A DNA stretch of 64,000 bases from an uncultured virus (IMG/VR IMGVR_UViG_3300010998_001248) (taxonomy: Duplodnaviria; Heunggongvirae; Uroviricota; Caudoviricetes), in the IMG/VR virus record IMGVR_UViG_3300010998_001248, one strand, 5' to 3'. This document shows, in pieces, positions 50,590-58,968 of the stretch. A program made the translations under genes and the position numbers. Under the pieces are notes generated by a model that did no database searches, was not told the origin of the DNA, and was given only the letters and a program-made list of their open reading frames with translations. Position 1 is the first letter of the stretch. Each line of letters begins with the position of its first letter.

Positions 50590-51856
50590 AGGACAGGTTG
50601 GACACAGGAGATGGAAGCTTGCGAATTTCTGTATGAATCACCGCAGTGGGAAATTCTTCCGGTTGTTCCGGATTTGCATATTGGTCTTTGCAGTGCCGGT
50701 CCTGCTTGCTCCATGTTACCGTATGTGTCACCAATAAACTGCAAGCATCTGCAGAATAGATATACAGCTGTGTATCTTCGCGCCGTACCCGGACGAGGGA
50801 ACCGGTATAGCGGTAAGGTACGCCAAAACGGCGTCCCTCGTAATTTACGAAACCGTCAAAAGAAATCTTCCGTAACGGACAGAGATAGCGAAAAATATCC
50901 TGCGTTTCCAAAAAGGAGGCGGCACGTTTGCTGCAATCGGTCTCGTGCACCTGTTGCGGCACACAATCAGTAGCCCGGTGGTACACTGCGTTCTGTCTGT
51001 TACACCAATCCAATGCGCTTTGGTTTAGATCGGTAATGTCCAGAAAGGAACGGCCAACCAGAAAATTTCCCTTTACAAAACGTACCAGTCGTTCGACTTT
51101 TCCTTTGGTAAAAGGATGCCTGGGTTTGCATAACTTCGTCTGGAAGCCAATGGTTTTCATGAAGTCTTCGTAATCTTTCTGCCATATTGGCTGTCCTTCA
51201 AAATCCCGTTTTATCACAACACTTTTCATGTTGTCTGTCAGGATATATTGGGGAATTCCCATATAACGGAACGCATGGATCATTCCTATAAATAGGTTTT
51301 CCTGTTTGGCATTGGGGAAGAATTCAATGTAGCATTGCCCACAGTGGTGGCAGATCATGGCAAAACAGGCACATTTTATGGTTACGCCATAGTCCGTTGT
51401 AACATAAACGAAGCCCCAGTCCATCTGGTATGCTTCACCGGGTGAAGTATGGTAGCGTCGCCCGCGGTTTCCCTGCGGAGCAATCTGCTTCCGTTTTGCC
51501 GGAATAAGGTGTTTATGCTGACGGATATAACATTTTACGGTTGTGTGTCCGCCGGTATAGCCGAGTTGTTTTAACCGTTCAAAGCAGATAACCGTGTTGC
51601 TAACGCCCGAAGAAAGAAGATGATCTAACACGGAAGTGTAATCATCCAGAATAGACTTTCTCTTCCTGAAATTGTGTTCTGGTGAAAGAAGATTTTTCTT
51701 CCATCGCCTGAGACGACCTCGCGAAATACCGGTCATGCGTTGTAATGCAGCAAGGTTCACCATTTCAATATGAAAAGATTCACCCTGCTCCTCTTTCATT
51801 TTTTGCAGTGCTTGTGATACAATAGTATCCAAGCCATTACCTAATAATTCTTTCAT
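50546..51856 (-). CDS. istA: IS21 DDE transposase
   Basis: PGEAYQMDWG, TDNMKS, KGKVERLV. Confidence 0.93.
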   Translation of the reverse strand: MKELLGNGLDTIVSQALQKMKEEQGESFHIEMVNLAALQRMTGISRGRLRRWKKNLLSPEHNFRKRKSILDDYTSVLDHLLSSGVSNTVICFERLKQLGYTGGHTTVKCYIRQHKHLIPAKRKQIAPQGNRGRRYHTSPGEAYQMDWGFVYVTTDYGVTIKCACFAMICHHCGQCYIEFFPNAKQENLFIGMIHAFRYMGIPQYILTDNMKSVVIKRDFEGQPIWQKDYEDFMKTIGFQTKLCKPRHPFTKGKVERLVRFVKGNFLVGRSFLDITDLNQSALDWCNRQNAVYHRATDCVPQQVHETDCSKRAASFLETQDIFRYLCPLRKISFDGFVNYEGRRFGVPYRYTGSLVRVRREDTQLYIYSADACSLLVTHTVTWSKQDRHCKDQYANPEQPEEFPTAVIHTEIRKLPSPVSNLSFEKFNFDKGGEQDE

Positions 51857-52206
51857 AGTCCTCCTTCACTGAGTTGTTGGTCACATACAGTGTATAGGAT
51901 TTGAAAGAAAAATGTAATGGCTTTTTATTTCGCCTAAATTTGGCTCGCTGATTCCGCCGCAAAATTGGTTCTTATTGCCGCCGTTTCAGTGGTTAAAATT
52001 TCCGCCGCTAACAAAATGCACAATACCAGGTATTTTTTAGAGAAAAATCCGGATCTATGGTTAATAAAGGTAAAACAAAAATGAATAGCAGCAATGCCGG
52101 ATTATTTAGAAATTTTGAGGGAGATTTTGCAACAATAAAATATATTTATGATAAAAATTATAATATCGTGTTATTAGATATTGAAGCATAAAAGGGAGCG
52201 AACAAC

Positions 52207-53204
52207 ATGAAAATATATTCTGTTATTATGGGAAGCTTAATTACATTTATTAACAGTAATTTCTTTTATGGTTTAATTTGTGGTTATTGTCTATATATAA
52301 TTTTATGGAGCTAAGGGAGGTTTATAAAATGGAATTTATCAAACTAAATAAAAAACCTTTAAAAGTTAGCACACAATCAAACGGAAAAGATTATTTTAGA
52401 TTTAAGAATAAAAAATATTATTTAGATACTTTTTTAAGAGTACATAATAATGCATGGTTTAATGATGAAAATTATCCAGATTTTATACATGGAATAAGAA
52501 ATGATTATTATAATTCCTATTGTTTTACTAATTTATGTATAGAGATTATCGAAGGCTATGAAATTTATGTTAACGTTTATGAATTAAAAAAGGAACAATA
52601 AAATGATATTTACTATAATTATCGGCATTATATTATATTTAGCTTTTTGCGACTATTGAAGGGAGTTTATAAAATGACTACTTATGAAGCAATTAAAAAT
52701 TTAAAGTCTTATGAAACAAAAATGAAATATAAAAGAATGAATACAAAAGAGCTATATAAACATATTAGCACGTTTACAATTTATCAAATTATGGAATTAA
52801 TTGATTTATTATCTATGTTTAGCGAATTAGATGATGAAAATCCAATAAGAGTATTTGACATTTCAGAATTAGAAGATTATTTAGAAGTCAATTATTTTGA
52901 TGAAGAGGAAAGCCAGGAAGTTTTAGAGGAATCGAAACAAGATAATTATAACTACTTTTCTTTTGACTATTCGAACGGATTTACATTTTATAAGGATGAA
53001 AAAGATTATGCAAAAACGCTGCTTTCATATTTACCGGAAGTTATGGAAACATTAAAAGATAATATTGATTTAATTGAAGTGACTGATTTATTACAAACTT
53101 ATGAAGATGAATTAAATTATAAAAATTATATAACGTTCGGTTCTGCCTGGAAAAAGTACTGCAATTATAAACCATTTAGAGTTTATATGCAGGAGATAAA
53201 ATAA
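52207..53204 (+). CDS. Small early-type hypothetical genes (35-aa membrane peptide 52207-52314, about 52329-52601, acidic protein about 52674-53204)
   Basis: GGGAG RBS before each; terminator at 53220-53247. Confidence 0.6.
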
Positions 53205-53219
53205 AACTAAATAATATAA

Positions 53220-53247
53220 AAGCCTGGAATTTATCCAGGCTTTTTTT
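53220..53247 (+). terminator. Intrinsic terminator
   Basis: AAGCCTGGA-ATTTA-TCCAGGCTT followed by T run. Confidence 0.8.
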
Positions 53248-53854
53248 ATTGCTGCTTTTCTTTTCTGGCAGTATGATCCGAAACTGTATAAATTTTTCGT
53301 ACAATTAGAAAAAATACCGATCTTGTAAAATAGCTTGTAAGGCGTTCAGATATATCTGTTAATGGTTTTATATGCCTTGTCTTTTTTGCGTTCGTGTATG
53401 ACGTTCTATAAATTGCTTATGACAGCGATATATAATTTATATTAAAAAATGACAGTATAGCTAATATAATAGCCTTTAAACGTCATAAAATCGTTTTTGA
53501 GCTATTATATTGGCTATTCTCTATTGTGTTTATGTTGGCTATTTTACTATGTTTTAGTAGTTTGCAGAATGCAAGCAGCTTAATAAATCACTTTTCCTAT
53601 TTGTTTACTATGTTTTCAATCTATATTATTCATACTAATTTACTATACTATACTTTTCAGGTTTACATTTCCTATTATTTCTATATGAATAATATATTAT
53701 ACTTTTTGGTTGAAATCCTATTATTTCTATAGGAATACGGTATTATACTTTTTAGTTGAAACTACCTTCCTGGCAATTTAGCATATAAGCAAATTTTAAA
53801 ATTGCTGGAAGGTAGAAATTTTAGCATATAAGGACTTTTTAAAATTGCTGGTGG

Positions 53855-54403
53855 TTAGCGGCAAAGATTTTTGAGATCAACGTTTGCGTCAATCTGATTC
53901 CTGAATTTGTCATAAGCTCCTGGAATAGATTTTAACGTACTCACCAAGATACGGATGATTTCTTTCATGTTCTGGAATGTTCCAATATTCGACTGGTATT
54001 TTGCAATATCGTTCAAAAGGTTTTGTTTCCTTGAGATTAGCTTCTCCTGTAATGCTACCATATCTTGATATGGTTCATCAAGTCTTAATTCAGCTTTGTT
54101 TTTAGTTTTTTCTGTTTCAGTTAAAGCTTCTTGCAAAGTATCAAGTCTTGAATCAATCGTATCAATCAGTTTTTTCATTTCGTCATAAGGGTCTACTTCA
54201 TCACCAGATGTTTCTTTTACAGGAAGTAATTCAGAATTTTGTTTTCTGAGATACCTGTGTACAGTCATTTGAGAGATAGGCTCTTCACCTTCCGGTAAGA
54301 ATTTCTCATTGATAATCTTTGCGATTCTTGCATAACTGTACTGCTGCCTTAATTCGTTTACCTTTGCTGCAAGTCCTAATTCGTCAATACGTGTATTTGA
54401 CAT
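53855..54403 (-). CDS. HTH plus coiled-coil protein, terminase small subunit-like
   Basis: SYARIA...ISQMTVHRY HTH followed by helices, as in DUF3486-type TerS; no other TerS candidate next to terL. Confidence 0.5.
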   Translation of the reverse strand: MSNTRIDELGLAAKVNELRQQYSYARIAKIINEKFLPEGEEPISQMTVHRYLRKQNSELLPVKETSGDEVDPYDEMKKLIDTIDSRLDTLQEALTETEKTKNKAELRLDEPYQDMVALQEKLISRKQNLLNDIAKYQSNIGTFQNMKEIIRILVSTLKSIPGAYDKFRNQIDANVDLKNLCR

Positions 54404-54633
54404 ACTATCACTCCTATCTGAATTTCATTTTTGATTTTTCTTTCTCTGAGAGATTTCTCTATTCTGTTTTTGTTTTTGATTTTTGATTTTTGAAAAACAA
54501 ATTGATTTTGGTTTTGGTTCACATACCACCATAATAAATTGATTTTGGTTTTGATTTTCTTACCTTCAGAATAAAATAGGTTATGGTTTTGAGTTTCATT
54601 TTTGATTTTTAACTTTCATAAACAATTTATTTC

Positions 54634-54662
54634 TTGACATATCCTATAAGAGTATATATAAT
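54634..54662 (+). promoter_or_regulatory. Consensus sigma-A promoter of the recombinase
   Basis: TTGACA-17 nt-TATAAT. Confidence 0.8.
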
Positions 54663-54700
54663 AATATACAAGAAGAAATAAAAGAAATGGAGGTCTAATC

Positions 54701-55510
54701 ATGGATGAATTTTTGAGAAAGATTAAGATTACAAAACCTGAGAACACTTATAAGACTTATCGGAATGCTTTATTAGCTTTCTTTCCAGATGGTAAGCTCA
54801 ATTTAGATTTTGATTTTTTACTTTGTGCTATTGAATCATGGAAGGTAAGTACCAATACCAAGGTTTTGAGATGTGCTATCCTAAAAACATTTTTGAATTA
54901 TTACAGGAGATCACATAATATTAAAAGGTATGATGATATTCTTGATTTACTTTCTATCCAAAGAGAAGAAAAGATTCCGGAATGCGTTACATTAGAACAG
55001 TTCCAGGTTATTATTCATCAGAAAATGTCATTGAGATTAAAAACGATTTTAACTCTAATGTATGAAAACGGCATGAGGTCTGACGAAATACTCAATCTTC
55101 AGCTTATGGATTATAATTCTGAAGAGAATACAATCATTATTACAAATCCTAAGAACCATGTAGACAGGATTATTTATTTAACCGATTTAGCTTCTCAGCT
55201 TATCTCAGATTTAATCCATACTTCTAAAGTCAATTCCGACTTCATTTTTCATACCGACACGGGGAATAGAATTGCGAATAGGAATTTACGAAAAGAGGTT
55301 AAGAATATATGTACCAAAGCAGGATTCCCTGAGTTACATGGTCATTCTTTCCGTCATGGTTCTGCTAAGTTCCTTCTGGATCATAATGTAAATCTTGCTA
55401 AAATCCAATCACATTTAGGTCATTCAAGTATTACCACAACCCAAAGATATTTAAAGATTGACAGAAAAGCAAAAGAAGAAATCAAAAACCTGTTTAATGT
55501 TATCGCTTAA
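54701..55510 (+). CDS. Tyrosine recombinase (XerC/D-like, no arm-binding domain evident)
   Basis: GMRSDE, HSFRH, LGHSSITTTQRY; 269 aa. Confidence 0.92.
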   Translation: MDEFLRKIKITKPENTYKTYRNALLAFFPDGKLNLDFDFLLCAIESWKVSTNTKVLRCAILKTFLNYYRRSHNIKRYDDILDLLSIQREEKIPECVTLEQFQVIIHQKMSLRLKTILTLMYENGMRSDEILNLQLMDYNSEENTIIITNPKNHVDRIIYLTDLASQLISDLIHTSKVNSDFIFHTDTGNRIANRNLRKEVKNICTKAGFPELHGHSFRHGSAKFLLDHNVNLAKIQSHLGHSSITTTQRYLKIDRKAKEEIKNLFNVIA

Positions 55511-55521
55511 TTTAGTTATAG

Positions 55522-55552
55522 AAAAGAGGACTGAGAAAGTCCTCTTTTTTTA
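55522..55552. terminator. Bidirectional terminator
   Basis: AAAAGAGGACT-GAGAA-AGTCCTCTTTT. Confidence 0.8.
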
Positions 55553-56266
55553 TGCCATAATCGAATCTGCATCATAAGTATTGAAACCATCAGAAATAAT
55601 ATTTAATTTTTCTAAATCGCAATCTTTTAAATACCAACAATGTTTAGGCTTTCCAGTTCGTTCTCCTTTAACTAACATTGTTTTACCAAGATCGCCATTA
55701 TGGAGAAAGCTATAAGATGTATCAAATTCAACTAAATAAAAAATATCTGACACTCCTTTAGAGATATTAATGATAGTTCCATAATGATTGTATAAACCAT
55801 ATCTAAGTGCTGAACATTTAACTCTATCTCCAATATTGAACTTGTATTTTTCTTTTTTGATACGTTTTAAATTAGTGCCGCTAACAAAATAGCAATCTTT
55901 GTTATTGTTTCTGCCATGACTCCATCCATTATGAAAATCATCAAAACGTACTGCAACTAAGATACCAGTTAAATATAAAACTGTTCCTCTATATCTTTTA
56001 TGTGCATCAAACACTCCTGCATGTATTCCACCTCCGTAACGCTCAAAATTAGCATTAACCAATTCTACTCTATCGCCAGTTTTGAATTTAGGTGTATAGA
56101 TAGTAAACAGGTTCTCCATGACTTCATATTTTTTATCAGGAAAATCATTAAACGATACTTTGACACAATTAGCTATAGTTTCAATAACAATTGCGATAGA
56201 GCCACGCTTAATATCGCCAAAATCTTTTTTTAATACTACAACATCTCCTGATTTAAATTTACTCAT
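55550..56266 (-). CDS. Hypothetical protein with three KF[K/N]xGD[R/V]V SH3-like repeats
   Basis: KFKSGDVV, KFKTGDRV, KFNIGDRV; likely start MSKFK after GGAGG. Confidence 0.65.
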   Translation of the reverse strand: MSKFKSGDVVVLKKDFGDIKRGSIAIVIETIANCVKVSFNDFPDKKYEVMENLFTIYTPKFKTGDRVELVNANFERYGGGIHAGVFDAHKRYRGTVLYLTGILVAVRFDDFHNGWSHGRNNNKDCYFVSGTNLKRIKKEKYKFNIGDRVKCSALRYGLYNHYGTIINISKGVSDIFYLVEFDTSYSFLHNGDLGKTMLVKGERTGKPKHCWYLKDCDLEKLNIISDGFNTYDADSIMA

Positions 56267-56267
56267 G

Positions 56268-56930
56268 TTATTCCTCCACTGTATTTGCATCAATAATTGC
56301 CATGATAACCGCTTTCTTTTCTTCCGGTAATTCAGGAATTTTAGGAAAACATTCTTTTCGTGTGCATTTTTCTTCACATATAGTACAGATTACACCAGCT
56401 CCATTACAGCCAGCTAAGTATTCTGGAATACGGCATACCTGAGTTTTCTTTTTGTTTTTTATAGAGCCGTATTTTCCTGGCCAGGTCATATCTAATGGTA
56501 ATTTCATTTCCATTTCATAAGGACAGCCCATAGATACAGGAGCATTAGGCGTAGCTATTGACTGAGGTTCTTGGAATGTTTCCTTATATGTTTCAACTTT
56601 AGTTCCCATAGCAGCAATCACTTTAGCTTTAATTTTTTGTAACATTTTTGAAACAGTATGCCTTTCTAATGCTAAAGATTCTCCGATACTTTCCATACTT
56701 CTGTACGTGCTTTCATTGAGAATAAAGTATTCATAATCAGAAAGTGCTACACGAATAATCTTATAGATTTCTTCAGCTTCTTGTTGTTTTTCTTTTCGGA
56801 TCAGGACTTCTTCAGGACTGTTATAATCAATATCATCACCAACATTATAGTTGTTAATGTATCTTCTTGTAATCTTACTATCGTTATCGGCAAATCTGCT
56901 TTTGTCATATTTCGCCAAACGTTCTAACAT
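56268..56930 (-). CDS. Sigma-70 region 4-like HTH regulator with Cys-rich tail
   Basis: SPEEVLI...LSDYE...SMESIGESLALERHTVSKML..IKAK. Confidence 0.55.
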   Translation of the reverse strand: MLERLAKYDKSRFADNDSKITRRYINNYNVGDDIDYNSPEEVLIRKEKQQEAEEIYKIIRVALSDYEYFILNESTYRSMESIGESLALERHTVSKMLQKIKAKVIAAMGTKVETYKETFQEPQSIATPNAPVSMGCPYEMEMKLPLDMTWPGKYGSIKNKKKTQVCRIPEYLAGCNGAGVICTICEEKCTRKECFPKIPELPEEKKAVIMAIIDANTVEE

Positions 56931-57262
56931 TCCAGTAGCATCTTCGGCAGAAATCTTTTCTTCCCTGGCTGCATTTACGATATTATCAAAGAGATTAATG
57001 AGAATTACCTCCCTTCTTTGTTCCGTAAACGCAGACGAACTGTAGATTAATAATAAATGTTTCTCTACCGATAACTTTATTTCCGGTATGGCTCATGCGA
57101 ATCACTTTACCTCTTGGAACTTTCTGAGAATCCATTTTTGTAACAGTATCAGCATATTTCTTCAGCCATTTAAAGCCATCCTCTTTATTACCAACAACAG
57201 AAGCAATGTAGTATTCTGTTTTGAATCTACAAAAGTAATTATGAACCAAAACTAATTTTCTT

Positions 57263-57766
57263 TTACGTTTCATTTGTTGAGCCGATACCTCCTTCTCTTG
57301 TCTTTTTAGCTTCGTCATTATCAGCTACAAGGAATTTAGTAAAGATACCCTGGCATAAACGTTCAATCGGTTTCTCGAAAGTAAGCTCTTTTGCAGTAAT
57401 CCCAACCATGATATGACCTTCATTGTCTTTGTTATTGTAATAGTCAGAATCAATGATTCCAGTACTGTTTGAGAGCCTGATACCACGCTTAATACCTACG
57501 GAACTACGAATGTGAATCTGCAAGTATTCATCATTTTTCATGTAAGCTTTAATACCTGTAGGCAATACAACTCCGTTTGTATCACGTACTGTTCTTGCTT
57601 TGGTCATTTCCCATGCTGTTTCTAAATCAAATCCCATTGTGAGGAAATAATAAGTTTCAGGACAGATTACGCAAATATCATATCCAGCACTATTTTTAGT
57701 TCCTCTTTTCGGTAAAGGTAAGTCATATTTAATACAAGAAAGCTTCTCAAATCCTCTATTTTTCAT
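57263..57766 (-). CDS. dut: Trimeric dUTPase
   Basis: SAGYD, IRSS, GIIDSDYY, REGGIGST. Confidence 0.93.
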   Translation of the reverse strand: MKNRGFEKLSCIKYDLPLPKRGTKNSAGYDICVICPETYYFLTMGFDLETAWEMTKARTVRDTNGVVLPTGIKAYMKNDEYLQIHIRSSVGIKRGIRLSNSTGIIDSDYYNNKDNEGHIMVGITAKELTFEKPIERLCQGIFTKFLVADNDEAKKTREGGIGSTNET

Positions 57767-57980
57767 GTTTTCTTTTCTCCTTTTAATTAACTATCAATCA
57801 GTAAAACTTCTATGACACCAAGGGCAACCAGTGATAGGATAGCTCAGATTATCTGCTTCATATACCTGTCTGTGACAGGAAGGACAGATACCTCCACTTG
57901 GTACAAAGTTAGGAACATTATCTTTCCTACATGCTTCAACCTGTTTTTCCTGGTTAGCTAAAATCTTTAATGCAATTGTG

Positions 57981-58601
57981 TTATACATTACAAATCAACT
58001 CCTTAGCCATTGGCAATGTTTCAATCCACTTGCAGAACTCTCTCCACTTTTTAACAGGATGATTTTTACGCTGCTGATAGATAGTTCTAAGCTGGCGATA
58101 ATTTGTAGTCATTCGTGCTGTAAGATTGATTGATGGAGGGATATTGTCTAAAAGTACTTCAAGCTCAATTTTCCCTTCTTTATATGCTTCTACATACCGC
58201 TTTGCAGTATCAATCATACCAAGGTCAGCATGATCTACAGCAAGGTTTTCTAAATCCATCTTAGTAGCGCAATGCACCATACTCATAGAGCTAACGAAAT
58301 CTAAGAAATGATACCTCTGTACTTCCGGACTCCAGGCTTTAGTAGTCTTTAAATCAAACTGTACGATAATTCCATTCAAGAAATTATCATGACCACTTCC
58401 AATAGGAACTGTAGCAAGCTTGATAGCTCTTTTAATATGCTTGTTATCAAACTCTTTTTTATGGATTGCAATATTGATTTCAGTAATTGCTTTTTTGAAA
58501 TCCTGTTGTGATACAGGTTTAGTTAACATAGGATAGCCGGAAGAAAAGATACTTTCGGCTAATCCATATACACGAACATTAGATACTAAGTGCTTTTCCA
58601 T
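57981..58601 (-). CDS. ThyX-like (flavin-dependent thymidylate synthase fold) protein
   Basis: GHDNFL...QRY...NYRQLRTIYQQRKNH...W; divergent from canonical RHR motif. Confidence 0.5.
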   Translation of the reverse strand: MEKHLVSNVRVYGLAESIFSSGYPMLTKPVSQQDFKKAITEINIAIHKKEFDNKHIKRAIKLATVPIGSGHDNFLNGIIVQFDLKTTKAWSPEVQRYHFLDFVSSMSMVHCATKMDLENLAVDHADLGMIDTAKRYVEAYKEGKIELEVLLDNIPPSINLTARMTTNYRQLRTIYQQRKNHPVKKWREFCKWIETLPMAKELICNV

Positions 58602-58880
58602 GAACATCCTCCACTTCATCACTCCAGAAATGCTTTAAATAGATAATATTAATCCTATCGCCAGTGTTTATATCATAAGCACTGATTTCTGCATCAAACC
58701 AGTTCGGATGATTATGTTTGATAAATTCAATAACAGCTTCTTTTGCTTTATCTAAGTCTTTGAATACGCCTTCTATAAATTTTTCATTATCAGGGTCTAA
58801 GTATTTATTATCATCACGATTGAATGTACAAACTACATATACAATATCTCTTTCTTCCATGTTTACTCCCATTTACTTTT

Positions 58881-58912
58881 AAAGTTATTAAAGTTAATAA
58901 AAACTCCATAAA
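58881..58912 (-). promoter_or_regulatory. Conserved intergenic motif, copy 3
   Basis: TTTATG-N11-AACTTTAATAACTTT upstream of a GGGAG RBS. Confidence 0.45.
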
Positions 58913-58968
58913 GAACCGCTACCAAATTTGATTTTGGCAGTTATCAATATGGAGTTTTAATGGTTTAG

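Larger units (their letters stand above)
49630..52013 (-). mobile_element. IS21-family insertion sequence
   Basis: Ends TGTTGGCGGCGG and CCGCCGCTAACA; AAATGC duplicated at 49624-49629 and 52014-52019; carries istA and istB; GC-richer than flanks. Confidence 0.95.
49556..52191 (+). pseudogene. 81-aa early gene disrupted by IS21
   Basis: 49556-49629 joined to 52020-52191 restores MKDIFESRVYIYKVEWLKNSINGNAQYQVFFREKSGS...VLLDIEA*. Confidence 0.85.
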
